Assembly: GCA_002441125.1 (NCBI GenBank)
Contig: DJVI01000028.1
Location: forward strand, 35,377 to 99,376
Source of the DNA: a candidate division WOR-3 bacterium UBA6260
GTDB taxonomy: Bacteria > Hydrothermota > 32-111
Direction: 5' to 3'
Length of the DNA: 64,000 nt
A program made the translations under genes and the position numbers. The notes under the pieces were generated by a model, which saw nothing but the letters and a program-made list of their open reading frames with translations, was not told where the DNA came from and did no database searches. This document shows positions 26,400 through 38,682 of the stretch, piece after piece (position 1 is the stretch's first letter; every line of letters begins with the position of its first letter).

Positions 26400-27241
26400 T
26401 CAAAAGTCCTTTTGTAAACAGTATACCAACCAAATTTTGTTATTTCTCTCTTTTGTACCTTTTCGAATCTGTTTCTATAAAACCCTTTATCCATTTTAAC
26501 AATAAAAACATATTTTAAAGATAAAATATTTTCAAAAGGTTTTATAACATAAAAAAAATCACCATCTTCAAGCATTTCAATCTTCATTACTTTTCCAACA
26601 GGAATATTTTCGGGAAAAATTTTACCGAATCCACTTGTAAAAATCGAGTCCCCAATCTTTAATTTAGAGTCATATTGAATATTTTCAACTTTCAAAAGCC
26701 CGGTTCTATAAAAATAACATAATAAAAACTGTTTTTTTTCTCTATCCATTACACCAACTCTGAAATTCGAGTTGTTGAATGTCTCAACAACAGAGCTGTA
26801 TTTATCAGCTGAAACTATTTTTCCTACAATACCTTGCAAAGATAAAACAGGCATCCCTTCTTCAACACCATCAACTTTCCCTTTATCTATAGTTAAAAAT
26901 TCACCTGCTACCTTATCCTGTGCTATAACTTCAGAGAATATCAACTCCTCTTTGAACCTCTCTTTCATCATTAAAAGATTCTTCAGATTTTCATTTTCAT
27001 ATTCAAGATATTTTAATCTGCTTATCTGCAGGTTCTTTTGAAATATTGTTACCATTTCATCCTTCAATATCTTTCTATCCTGAAAAGTGAATCCGATATA
27101 ATCGACAATGAAATTGAAAGGTTTTAAAGGATAAACAAGGATATTTTTAAAAGAATAGAATGTGAACCTGTTTGAAAGAATCATAAATAGAAATGAGATA
27201 AACAAAAGGGAAAAGAAAAAAATTTTTGATCTTGATTTCAT
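26396..27241 (-). CDS. mreC: Rod-shape-determining protein MreC
   Basis: N-terminal TM, coiled-coil (LKYLEYENENLKNLL), C-terminal beta domains (GDSIFTSGFGKIFPENIPVGKV). Confidence 0.85.
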   Translation of the reverse strand: MKSRSKIFFFSLLFISFLFMILSNRFTFYSFKNILVYPLKPFNFIVDYIGFTFQDRKILKDEMVTIFQKNLQISRLKYLEYENENLKNLLMMKERFKEELIFSEVIAQDKVAGEFLTIDKGKVDGVEEGMPVLSLQGIVGKIVSADKYSSVVETFNNSNFRVGVMDREKKQFLLCYFYRTGLLKVENIQYDSKLKIGDSIFTSGFGKIFPENIPVGKVMKIEMLEDGDFFYVIKPFENILSLKYVFIVKMDKGFYRNRFEKVQKREITKFGWYTVYKRTFE

Positions 27242-27242
27242 T

Positions 27243-28289
27243 TTATCTTGATGTTTGAATTATGATCTTTTCATAAAAAGAGAGATTCTCAAGGATCTTT
27301 CCACTTCCTCTGACAACACATTCTATAGGATTCTCAGCTATGGTTACCCTAAGTCCAGTCTCTTTTGAAACGAGTTTATCAAAATTTTTTAAAAGAGACC
27401 CACCACCTGTCATAACTATACCCTGATCTATTATATCCGATGCAAGTTCTGGTGGAGTTTTTTCAAGTGCCTGTTTGATAGCTGAAACAATCATATAAAC
27501 TGGCTCTCTTAAAGCTTCCCTTATCTCCTCAGAAGTCAACTTTATAGTTTTGGGAATTCCCTCAACAAGGTCTATTCCTTTTATTTCAAGTTCAAGTTCT
27601 TCATCAAGTTTATATGCAGAACCTATTGTAGTTTTTATCTTTTCAGTTGTTTGCTCCCCTATTAGAAGGTTGTAGTTTTTCTTAACATACTGTATTATAG
27701 CTTCATCCATCTCATCGCCACCAACTCTTATTGAGTTGTTAGTTACTATACCGTTCAAAGCTATAACAGCTATTTCACTTGTTCCACCTCCTATATCTAT
27801 AACCATACTTCCCTTTGGTTTATCAACTGGAAGACCAACTCCAACTGCAGCAGCAACAGGTTCTGAAACAAGGAAAACATCCCTAACTCCAGAGTGCTCA
27901 ACAGAATCTCTTACAGCCCTCATTTCAACAGCTGTTATTCCAGATGGAACGCAAACTATTACCCTTGGTCTTATTATTATCTTCGATTTTTCAACTTTTG
28001 TTATAAAATATCTCAACATCTCTTCTACAACTTCAAAATCAGCTATAACACCATCCTTCATAGGTCTTACCGCTTTAATCTCCTGTGGTGTCTTTCCAAG
28101 CATCTCTTTTGCCTGAAAACCAACAGCCAAAGGTTTGTTTGTCCTAAGATCTATCGCTACAACTGAAGGTTCGTTCAAAACTATCCCCTCATCCTTCATA
28201 TAAATTAAAGTTGATGCTGTTCCTAAATCTATAGCTATATCATTTGAAATAAATGAATTGAAAAGGGATTTGATATTGAATGGTTTCAT
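27243..28289 (-). CDS. mreB: Rod-shape-determining actin homologue MreB
   Basis: DIAIDLGTASTLIY (phosphate-1), VIDIGGGTSEIAVI (phosphate-2), GIVMTGGGSLLKN (adenosine motif). Confidence 0.95.
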   Translation of the reverse strand: MKPFNIKSLFNSFISNDIAIDLGTASTLIYMKDEGIVLNEPSVVAIDLRTNKPLAVGFQAKEMLGKTPQEIKAVRPMKDGVIADFEVVEEMLRYFITKVEKSKIIIRPRVIVCVPSGITAVEMRAVRDSVEHSGVRDVFLVSEPVAAAVGVGLPVDKPKGSMVIDIGGGTSEIAVIALNGIVTNNSIRVGGDEMDEAIIQYVKKNYNLLIGEQTTEKIKTTIGSAYKLDEELELEIKGIDLVEGIPKTIKLTSEEIREALREPVYMIVSAIKQALEKTPPELASDIIDQGIVMTGGGSLLKNFDKLVSKETGLRVTIAENPIECVVRGSGKILENLSFYEKIIIQTSR

Positions 28290-28307
28290 TTTTCCTCCAG
28301 AGAGTAA

Positions 28308-28952
28308 TCAGGCGATACTTAAAAGATATATAGAGTTTTCAAGTTCTTCCAAAGAATCATCGAAAAGATCTTTTCTTTTTATCTTGTAATTTGGAATATC
28401 TTCAAGAAATTTAGAAACTGGCTCTATTGGAAAATCAATGAATTCAGTTTTGTAATGCATAGGGAAAACAAAAAGCGGAGAAATATTTTCTATTATCTTT
28501 TTAGCATCATTATGATCTATAGTAAAATATCCACCAACAGGGATCATTATAGCGTAAGGGTCGGAGAGTTTTTTAAAAGTTTCAGGTGAAGGTAGATGTC
28601 CTAAATCACCAAAATGTATTATTTTACCTTTTTCGGTATGAACTATAAATATTAAATTCTCCCCTCTTTTTTTTCCTTTTTCCTGATCATGGAAAGTTTT
28701 TACACTTTCTATTTTAATTTCACCAAAATCATATATACCCTCTTTGTCTATTATTTTTGGTGAATTCTTAAAATCTCTGAAATTATGGTCAGAGTGGTTA
28801 TGAGAAATTAAAACAATATCTGGATCTTCAAAATTCCCTTTATACCTAAAAGAAGACCCGTATCCATCTTTCTGATACGGGTCAAAAATTATTTTTTTAT
28901 TTTCTATATTAAGTTGAAAAGATGCGTGGCCATACCACACAATTTTCATCAT
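28308..28952 (-). CDS. MBL-fold metallo-hydrolase (UPF0173-like)
   Basis: [10 protein letters not shown] (HxHxDH), a later H and D, 214 aa. Confidence 0.7.
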   Translation of the reverse strand: MMKIVWYGHASFQLNIENKKIIFDPYQKDGYGSSFRYKGNFEDPDIVLISHNHSDHNFRDFKNSPKIIDKEGIYDFGEIKIESVKTFHDQEKGKKRGENLIFIVHTEKGKIIHFGDLGHLPSPETFKKLSDPYAIMIPVGGYFTIDHNDAKKIIENISPLFVFPMHYKTEFIDFPIEPVSKFLEDIPNYKIKRKDLFDDSLEELENSIYLLSIA

Positions 28953-29206
28953 TCCTTCCCTTCAACAAATACCCTTTTTCTAAACTTTCCATACTTATGA
29001 AATTTAACTACTCCATCTATCAAAGCAAAGAGAGTATTATCAGAACCTATCCCAACATTTGTTCCAGGATGAAAAACTGTTCCCTTTTGTCTCACAAGAA
29101 TGGTTCCAGCTTTAACAAACTCTCCCTCAGATCTTTTTACACCTAAATATTTTGGGTTCGAATCTCTTCCGTTCCTCGATGACCCTACTCCTTTCTTGTG
29201 TGCCAT
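28949..29206 (-). CDS. rpmA: 50S ribosomal protein L27
   Basis: [24 protein letters not shown]...[29 protein letters not shown] is a near-consensus L27. Confidence 0.95.
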   Translation of the reverse strand: MAHKKGVGSSRNGRDSNPKYLGVKRSEGEFVKAGTILVRQKGTVFHPGTNVGIGSDNTLFALIDGVVKFHKYGKFRKRVFVEGKE

Positions 29207-29215
29207 AACTCCTCC

Positions 29216-29536
29216 TTAGGGGGTAACTATTTTTTCTATTTTTGCAATAGTATAATTGTCCCTATATCCTTTAATCCTTTTATAGTTTGATCTTCTTCTG
29301 AATTTCATAACCTCAATCTTTTTTCCTTTTTCTTCTTCAACAAGTTCAAGAACTACCTTTGCACCTTTAACATAAGGTTTACCTATGTTGAACCCTTTAT
29401 CATTAGAAACCAAAAGTACCTTATCGGTTTCAATCTTTTTACCTTTTTCAAAATTATCAACTTTGGTCAATTTTATAGTTTGATTTTCCTCAACCTTGTA
29501 TTGGAAACCGTTGATCTCTACTATAGCAAACATCAT
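29216..29536 (-). CDS. rplU: 50S ribosomal protein L21
   Basis: [22 protein letters not shown]...[10 protein letters not shown] is the L21 signature. Confidence 0.92.
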   Translation of the reverse strand: MMFAIVEINGFQYKVEENQTIKLTKVDNFEKGKKIETDKVLLVSNDKGFNIGKPYVKGAKVVLELVEEEKGKKIEVMKFRRRSNYKRIKGYRDNYTIAKIEKIVTP

Positions 29537-29895
29537 TTTCCTCCTTCATTTGTGGGTAAATTATTTAATGGTATTGTTGGATTCTGCTGTTGTGTATTTT
29601 GATCTGGAGTACTTTGTGGAACATTGTTCTGGACAGGTATCCTGTTCTCAATATTTACACTCCTGTTAGATTTACTTGTCATAATTGCCAAAGAAAAACT
29701 TGTTAGCATGAAAACAACTGCAAGTATTGCTGTAGCTTTAGTAAGAAAATTTTCAGTACCAAATCCAGATAAAAGATTTTCCTGTCCTCCACCACCAAAC
29801 ATTTCTGACATCCCGCCTTTTGACTGTTGTAAAAGTATCAGTACTACAAGCAGAACTGATACTAAAATATGGATTATTAAAATCAAAGTAAACAA
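29533..29895 (-). CDS. secG: Preprotein translocase subunit SecG (with a Q/N/P-rich C-terminal tail)
   Basis: LVSVLLVVLILLQQSKGGMSEMFGGGG...TKATAILAVVFMLTSFSLAI: two TM helices flanking the Gly-rich loop. Confidence 0.85.
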   Translation of the reverse strand: MFTLILIIHILVSVLLVVLILLQQSKGGMSEMFGGGGQENLLSGFGTENFLTKATAILAVVFMLTSFSLAIMTSKSNRSVNIENRIPVQNNVPQSTPDQNTQQQNPTIPLNNLPTNEGGK

Positions 29896-29907
29896 TTTAA
29901 AAACCTC

Positions 29908-30659
29908 CTAAATTAAACTTTTATCAACTATCTCTATTATCTTTTTAAATTTATCACATTTCAACGATGCACCACCTACTAAAACACCGTCAACATCATC
30001 TTCTCTGAAAAGATCTTTTACATTCTCTTCGTTGACACTTCCACCATACAATATGGAAATATCAAAAGCTATATTCTTCCCAAATAAAGAAGAAAGTTGC
30101 TCTCTTATAAAAGAGTGCATCTCCTGTGCATCATAAGGTGTAGCATTTTTTCCTGTACCTATAGCCCACACAGGTTCATAAGCAATTATAATGTTTTTGA
30201 AATTATTTTCAATACCCCCAAGAGAGATTTTTAATTGGTTCTCTACAACGAATTTTTGTTTGTTTAAACTCCTTTCTTCCTCTTTTTCTCCAACGCAAAG
30301 TATCGGTTTAATATTTGTTGAAAGTATCTTTTTGATCTTCAAAGATACCAATTCATCACTTTCTTTAAATATGTTTCTCCTTTCAGAATGACCTAATATA
30401 ACATATTCACATCCAAACTCTTCAAGAAATCTACAAGAGATTTCACCGGTGAAAGCACCTTTATCCTCATAGAAAACATTCTGGGCACCAACTTTTATTT
30501 TACTATCTTTTAAAATCTCCCGATATCTTTGAAGATGAGTGAAAGGTGGGAAAACTATAACCTCCAAATCATTTTTAACATATTTTGAAAAATCTTTTAA
30601 AGGAAGAATATCATCTATAAGATTCATCTTCCAATTTCCGGCAACATAAACCTTTCTCA

Positions 30660-30663
<4 letters not shown>
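29908..30663 (-). CDS. tpiA: Triosephosphate isomerase
   Basis: RKVYVAGNWKMN...ILGHSERR...AYEPVWAIGTG...GGSV motifs. Confidence 0.95.
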
Positions 30664-32866
<2,203 letters not shown>

Positions 32867-34357
32867 TTAAAATACATAAGCGATTTTTTCAAGTTTATTC
32901 AAAGAGTATATTTCAAATCCTGTTTTTGAAAATTCTATCTTTTCAATCTTAATGTTAACTTTATAATCTTTCATCAAACTTTCGAAATACTTGTAAAGAT
33001 CTTTTTCAATAACTTCAGATAATTCTTTATTACAGTTTATAACAAGTGTATCGTTTGAGTAATTTTTTATATTCTCTTTTATCCATCTTATAAGTTTCAT
33101 ACCTAAGAATATCGGCTTTGCAGTATAACCTCTTCCATCACAACATTCACATTTTTCAACAAAATTCATCGTAACAGATGGACCTATCTTTTTTCTTGTC
33201 ATCTCAACTAAACCGAACTGTGAGAGTTTCAAAGTTTTCGTTGTTGAACGATCATTTTTCAAACATTTTTTTAGGTAGTTAAAAACCTCTTTCCTCGATT
33301 GTTCATCCTCCATATCAATAAAATCGATAACTATGAGACCTCCTATATCCCTTAACCTTAACTGTCTTGCTATCTCTTCAGCAGCCATAAGATTTATATC
33401 TTTCACAAGATTAACATCATCCCTGCTTTTAGATATCTTTCCGGAGTTCACATCTATTGCTGTTAAAGCTTCGGTTGTCTCAATAACTATGGAGACTCCA
33501 CCTTTAAGATAAACTTCAGGTTTTGTCATCTTATCTATCTCTTTATCTATATCAAAATAGGCAAGCATCGGTATTTTGAATTTGTAAAGGTTAACCTTAT
33601 TTTTCAGGATAGGGTTGAAAAAAGTTAAATAGTTTGTTACCTCATTGAAAATCTCCCTCGTATCAATATAAATAGCATCAAGGTTTCTTTTCATAAGGTT
33701 TCTTATAGTTTTTATAACGAGTGAGGATTCCCTGTAAAGTAATGTAGGGGATTTCTTTTTATCAATATTTTTTACAATCTTGTCCCATATTTTTAGAAGT
33801 TCATAAAATTCTTTTTTCAAAAGAGAAGGTTTCGCATCAATAGCTGCAGTCCTAACTATAACTCCCATATCTGAGGATAAAAAAGAGTATATGAAAGATT
33901 TTACAGATGATTTGAAATCTCTATCTTTTATCTGTTTTGAAACACCAACGAAATGGACGAAGGGAACAAGTATAAGATAGTTACCTGCTATTGAAATATA
34001 AGATGTCAGTTTAGCACCTTTCGCATTGATCTCATCCCTGACAACCTGAACAAGTATCTCATCACCCTCCTTTATCTCCATGTAATTTTCAATATCCTCA
34101 TCTATCTCTCCAAAATATTCAAATTTCACCTTTCCATCCGGAGTGTTCAAAGGAAGGAAAGCTTTTTTCTTCTCTCCTATATCAACAAAGGCTGCCTGTA
34201 TACCTCCAGCGATATGCTCTATCCTCGCCTTGTATATATTACCTACAAGAGAACTTTTCGTTGTATCATCAACAGATATTTCGACGAGTTTTGAGTCCTC
34301 TTTTAATGCTATAATTATACTGTTTTCCAACTTAGAAATAAAAAGTTCATTCATCAA
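32867..34357 (-). CDS. rng: Ribonuclease E/G-family endoribonuclease
   Basis: N-terminal S1 domain (GNIYKARIEHIAGGIQAAFVDIG). DNase-I-like catalytic region (GGLIVIDFIDM, EALTAIDVNSGK). Zn-link CxxC (CECCDGRG). 496 aa, i.e. RNase G size. Confidence 0.85.
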   Translation of the reverse strand: MMNELFISKLENSIIIALKEDSKLVEISVDDTTKSSLVGNIYKARIEHIAGGIQAAFVDIGEKKKAFLPLNTPDGKVKFEYFGEIDEDIENYMEIKEGDEILVQVVRDEINAKGAKLTSYISIAGNYLILVPFVHFVGVSKQIKDRDFKSSVKSFIYSFLSSDMGVIVRTAAIDAKPSLLKKEFYELLKIWDKIVKNIDKKKSPTLLYRESSLVIKTIRNLMKRNLDAIYIDTREIFNEVTNYLTFFNPILKNKVNLYKFKIPMLAYFDIDKEIDKMTKPEVYLKGGVSIVIETTEALTAIDVNSGKISKSRDDVNLVKDINLMAAEEIARQLRLRDIGGLIVIDFIDMEDEQSRKEVFNYLKKCLKNDRSTTKTLKLSQFGLVEMTRKKIGPSVTMNFVEKCECCDGRGYTAKPIFLGMKLIRWIKENIKNYSNDTLVINCNKELSEVIEKDLYKYFESLMKDYKVNIKIEKIEFSKTGFEIYSLNKLEKIAYVF

Positions 34358-36834
34358 ATAACCTCTATAACCTTTCCATTTTCAACTATGAAAAATTTTT
34401 CTCTATAAACGGAGACATCTTTTAGCTCCTCTATACAAAGAACTTTTCTATACAATTCTTCGAATTTAATATTACCATCTTTTCCCAAAATCAAAACAAC
34501 TTTAACATAACCTTTTCCAACTTCTATTATATCAACATATTTTCTAATATCAACTTCCTCTTCCTTTTGGTTTATATTCCTAACCACCTTAAACTTTTCA
34601 CTATCAAGAAAATTCTTTATACATTCTACATTTTCCTTCCCAACATCAAATTCGAAAACCATCTTTGCTCTGTTCACTCTGGATATTATAGAATCCTTTT
34701 CACTTAAAAGTTCCTTAGCGTAAAAAAATCTTATCCCTTCAGGGAAAGATGAGTTTAAAGTATCTAAAATATTTTGAACGAATAAACCTTCAAGATAAAC
34801 TTCAACCATCTCCATCTGTGAATAAACGAAAACAGGTTTTGGGAATCCCAAATTCATCTTAATTCTGGGATTGAAACCCTGTGTATAGATGAAAGGGAGT
34901 TTAGATCTTCTGAAACCTGTGTTCAAAATATTTATCATAGTAAGATGTGATAAATACTGTAAATTCTGATCAACAGAGTATAACAAAAGTATCTTTGTTT
35001 TTTTTATCAGAGGGTTTATCAATTTTTTCTGTTTCCTTCTAACAAAATCGTTCACACTTGAAAACTGTTCCACATTATTTTTTATAAGCTCCCCAGCTAT
35101 ATCTCCCTTACAGGCAGAACAACCTGTACAACTATCCCTTCTGCAATCTTCAGTAAAAATCTCTTTCTGTGATGCCAAAAATTCCTTTTCAAGATAACTT
35201 TTTGAAACTTTGCAATTTATAAAATCCCATGGTAGAGGTTCATCTATTGCTCTTTCCCTTAGATAATCTTTAAGTTCTATACCCAAATCTTTTGCAACCT
35301 CTTCCCACTTTTTAAAATCAAAAAATTCACTCCATTCATCAAGTCTGCATCCCTTTTTATAAGCGTTAAAAACAAGATTGTTAAGTTTTTCGTCTCCCCT
35401 TGCAAAAACTCCCTCAAGAAAAGATATATCAGGATCCCTGTATGTTATAGATACATTTTTACTTTTAACACCATCAACTATTCTTTCTATCTTCCTTTTA
35501 GTTGTATCAATATCATCCTGCTTTACCCACTGGAAAGGAGTGAAAGGTCTCGCTACAAATGGAGAAAATGAAACATTCAAAACAATATCTTTGAATCTTC
35601 TACCAAGTTCGTTTAAAAGTTTTACAGTTTCATCTAAATCACTTTCATCTTCATATGGAAGTCCAACCATAAAATATAATTTAACATGTTTCCAGCCGAG
35701 TTTTTTCCCTCTCTCTATAGTTTCAAAAATTTCCTCTGTGGAAATATTTTTATTTATTACTTTTTTCAATCTTTCAGAACCTGTTTCCACAGCTATTGTT
35801 AAACCTGATTTCCTTATATCAGATATTTCTGTTAAAAGATCACTTTTAATTTCTCCTATTCTTAAAGATGGTAAAGATATTGATATCTTGTTTTTGGAAA
35901 GGTTTTTGTTCAGACTCTTCAAAAGAGGAAAAAGTTCCCTGTAATCTGTCGCTGAAAGGGATAGAAGGGTTACCTCATCGTAGCCGGTATTTTTTACAAT
36001 CTCTGTACAATCTGAAACAACTATCTCTTTTTTCTTTTCTCTTAAAGGTCTATAAATATAACCTGCTTGACAGAATCTACAACCTCTCGTGCATCCTCTG
36101 CTTATTTCAACAACATCCCTTTCGTAAACTGTTCTTGCTATTGGGACTAAAGGTTTTTGAATACTTTTTCTTTCAAAAAAATTTTCGTCAACTTTTTGGA
36201 AAACATCCTTATTTTTACCTGAAAGTTGTGGAATGTATGTATAATCGAGTTGATCAAAAAGTTGAAGTGCCTGATATCTTGTTATCTCTCCCCATTTCAA
36301 CTTTCTCATTATTAAAACAATATCCTCAACCATACCTTCACTTTCACCTATAAAGAAAACATCTATAAAATCTTTTATTGGAAGAGGATTGTAAGTTACA
36401 GTTCCACCAGCAATAACTATTGGAGAGTTTTCATCTCTATCTTTTGAAAATAAAGGTATCCGACCAAGTTCAAGTATCTGAAGGATATTTGTGAAAGTTA
36501 ATTCGTATTCAACTGTAAAACCAACAAGATCGAATTCTTTAAGTGGTGTTCCAGTTTCAAGTGAAAGAAGAGGTATTTGGTCCTTTCTTAAAAATTCCTC
36601 CATATCATTTTCAACAGCGTAAACTCTTTCTGCGTAAACATCATCGTAAGAGTTGAAATAATGGTAATTCAGAAGGTGCCCATATGATGACATCCCAATA
36701 GAGTAAAGATCAGGGAAAGAAAGAAGAACCCTGATTTTATTTTCACCATCCTTTTTAATAACATTGAATTCATTTCCTATGTACTGTAAAGGATTTTTAA
36801 CCTTTCTTAATAAACTATCAGGATATTTCTTCAT
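34354..36834 (-). CDS. Fused radical-SAM protein (TIGR03960-like B12-binding radical-SAM) plus DUF2344/TIGR03936-like C-terminal domain
   Basis: The radical-SAM cysteine triad is CTRGCRFCQAG. The N-terminal B12-binding-like region and the ~250-aa C-terminal extension correspond to the pair of genes usually found just upstream of rng. Here they form one 826-aa ORF. Confidence 0.65.
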   Translation of the reverse strand: MKKYPDSLLRKVKNPLQYIGNEFNVIKKDGENKIRVLLSFPDLYSIGMSSYGHLLNYHYFNSYDDVYAERVYAVENDMEEFLRKDQIPLLSLETGTPLKEFDLVGFTVEYELTFTNILQILELGRIPLFSKDRDENSPIVIAGGTVTYNPLPIKDFIDVFFIGESEGMVEDIVLIMRKLKWGEITRYQALQLFDQLDYTYIPQLSGKNKDVFQKVDENFFERKSIQKPLVPIARTVYERDVVEISRGCTRGCRFCQAGYIYRPLREKKKEIVVSDCTEIVKNTGYDEVTLLSLSATDYRELFPLLKSLNKNLSKNKISISLPSLRIGEIKSDLLTEISDIRKSGLTIAVETGSERLKKVINKNISTEEIFETIERGKKLGWKHVKLYFMVGLPYEDESDLDETVKLLNELGRRFKDIVLNVSFSPFVARPFTPFQWVKQDDIDTTKRKIERIVDGVKSKNVSITYRDPDISFLEGVFARGDEKLNNLVFNAYKKGCRLDEWSEFFDFKKWEEVAKDLGIELKDYLRERAIDEPLPWDFINCKVSKSYLEKEFLASQKEIFTEDCRRDSCTGCSACKGDIAGELIKNNVEQFSSVNDFVRRKQKKLINPLIKKTKILLLYSVDQNLQYLSHLTMINILNTGFRRSKLPFIYTQGFNPRIKMNLGFPKPVFVYSQMEMVEVYLEGLFVQNILDTLNSSFPEGIRFFYAKELLSEKDSIISRVNRAKMVFEFDVGKENVECIKNFLDSEKFKVVRNINQKEEEVDIRKYVDIIEVGKGYVKVVLILGKDGNIKFEELYRKVLCIEELKDVSVYREKFFIVENGKVIEVI

Positions 36835-37702
36835 CTGTTATAATCTTGTAAATTTTTTTATAGATCTGTGAAGTCTTTTGAACTATCTCATCTGAAAGTT
36901 GTGGTGGCTGAGACTTCCTGTCCCAATCTGTTGAAAGTAGATAGTTTCTTATAAGCTGTTTATCGAATGGTTCCTGCTTCTTTCCAGCCTGATAAGTTTC
37001 CGTTGACCAGAATCTCGAAGAATCTGGTGTGAAGATCTCATCTATGAGCAGAAGATTACCTTCAATCAAACCGAATTCAAATTTTGTATCAGCCAAAATT
37101 ATATTTTTTTCTTGAAGGAATTCTGAACCGAACCTGTAAAGTTGTAAAGAAACATCTTTAATCTTATTTGCAAGTTCATCACCAAGTTTTTCTCTCATAT
37201 AGTCGAAAGAAACTGTTTCATCATGCCCTTTCTCTGCTTTTGTTGTTGGTGTAAAAAGTGGTTCATCAAACTTTTCAGATTCAACATAACCACCCCTGAT
37301 ATAATTACCACCAACAGTTTGAGTTTTCAAATATTCACTCCAAGCGCTACCTGTTATATAACCTCTTACAATACACTCGAAAGGTATAGGTTTCGCTTTC
37401 TTAACAACCATGAATCTATCTTTTAGAAAATCATACTTTTTTAAATCTTTAGGCAAAGCATCAAAATCATCGTAAAGAAAATGGTTTGGTACAATATTTT
37501 TAGTTAAATCAAAAAAGAATTTGGATATTTTGTTCAAAACTTTTCCTTTTGAATCTATACCATTTTCAAGAACATAATCGAATGCTGATATTCTGTCTGT
37601 TGTAACTATCAAGAGTTTATCATCTTCAAATTCGTAAATGTCTCTAACTTTTCCCTTTGAAATCATCCTTAATTCTTTTATGTTTGTTTCCTTTACTACC
37701 AT
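36818..37702 (-). CDS. purC: Phosphoribosylaminoimidazole-succinocarboxamide (SAICAR) synthase
   Basis: SKGKVRDIYEFEDDKLLIVTTDRISAFDYVL, LADTKFEFG. An AAGGAG RBS lies 7 nt upstream of the ATG at 37702. Confidence 0.9.
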   Translation of the reverse strand: MVVKETNIKELRMISKGKVRDIYEFEDDKLLIVTTDRISAFDYVLENGIDSKGKVLNKISKFFFDLTKNIVPNHFLYDDFDALPKDLKKYDFLKDRFMVVKKAKPIPFECIVRGYITGSAWSEYLKTQTVGGNYIRGGYVESEKFDEPLFTPTTKAEKGHDETVSFDYMREKLGDELANKIKDVSLQLYRFGSEFLQEKNIILADTKFEFGLIEGNLLLIDEIFTPDSSRFWSTETYQAGKKQEPFDKQLIRNYLLSTDWDRKSQPPQLSDEIVQKTSQIYKKIYKIITDEEIS

Positions 37703-38162
37703 TTTTTTCTCCTTTATTCAAAAGTGAATTTAATTCATCTATAAACTCGTTCATATCTTTGAACTGCCTGTAAACGGATGCGAACCTTACATAGGAAATC
37801 TCATCAACCTCTTTTAAATGTTCCATAACAATCTCTCCGATAACCTTTGACTCAACCTCATCAGATTCTTTTGCAAAAAGTTTTCTTTCAACATCTTCAA
37901 CTATTCTGTTTATTATTTCATTCGAGACAGGCCTTTTCCTACAAGCTGTTCTTATACCTTCAATAAGTTTATCCCTCGCATAAGGTTCCCTTCTACCATC
38001 CCTTTTTATAACAAGGAGAGGTGTTTTTTCAACATACTCATATGTTGTGAACCTTTTTTTACATTGAAGGCACTCTCTTCTTCTTCTAACACTTTGCCCA
38101 TCTTTACTTGCCCTCGAATCTATAACTCTATTTTCTTCAAAACCACAGTATGGACATTTCAT
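37644..38162 (-). CDS. nrdR: Transcriptional repressor NrdR (with a Lys-rich C-terminal extension)
   Basis: MKCPYCGFEENRVIDSRASKDGQSVRRRRECLQCKKRFTTYEYVE: zinc ribbon plus ATP-cone. The 3' end overlaps purC by 59 nt. Confidence 0.9.
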   Translation of the reverse strand: MKCPYCGFEENRVIDSRASKDGQSVRRRRECLQCKKRFTTYEYVEKTPLLVIKRDGRREPYARDKLIEGIRTACRKRPVSNEIINRIVEDVERKLFAKESDEVESKVIGEIVMEHLKEVDEISYVRFASVYRQFKDMNEFIDELNSLLNKGEKNGSKGNKHKRIKDDFKGKS

Positions 38163-38644
38163 ATCTTTTTCATCTTTTTTGATGCGTCAAGGATTATCGT
38201 GTTTGAACAACTAACCAAATTCCCATTTTCATCTTTCCCATAATATGTCTCATAAATCCTTGCTAAAGGGTAATTACCTGTTGTGAAAAGTGCATTTTCT
38301 TCTTTTATGTAACTACCACCTTCAACATTTAAAGTTCCAAACCAATTTCTGACTTCACTTTCATCATAGTAATAGGTTTCTATTATGTTACCATTAACTA
38401 TAATCTGTCCATAACAACAACATCCATTTGGTCCATAGTTTCCGAGAGCCACAGAAATGTTATTCTTTTCTCTTATAATTACATCAGAGTAAAAGGACCA
38501 ACCATTGTTGGCATCATAATAAGCATCTGTAACAGGATTTGGATTAAAGGTAAGTTCAAGTTCAGCAATTTTAGGCACAGGAAGTAAGACACAGGATGAA
38601 AAAAATAAAACAAATAATACCAATAAAAACAGGGATTTTTTCAT
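38159..38644 (-). CDS. Lipoprotein of unknown function
   Basis: Signal peptide with lipobox (LVLFVLFFSSC). 161 aa. Contains GPNGCCCYGQ. AAAGGAG RBS. Confidence 0.5.
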   Translation of the reverse strand: MKKSLFLLVLFVLFFSSCVLLPVPKIAELELTFNPNPVTDAYYDANNGWSFYSDVIIREKNNISVALGNYGPNGCCCYGQIIVNGNIIETYYYDESEVRNWFGTLNVEGGSYIKEENALFTTGNYPLARIYETYYGKDENGNLVSCSNTIILDASKKMKKI

Positions 38645-38655
38645 AACTCTCCTTT

Positions 38656-38682
38656 TATAAAAAGGGGGAAAATCCCCCTTTA
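38656..38682 (-). terminator. Rho-independent terminator after the aldehyde dehydrogenase gene
   Basis: On the minus strand: TAA-AGGGGG-ATTTT-CCCCCTT-TTTAT. A 7-bp GC-rich stem (38662-38668 / 38674-38680) followed by a T-run. It overlaps the stop codon. Confidence 0.5.
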
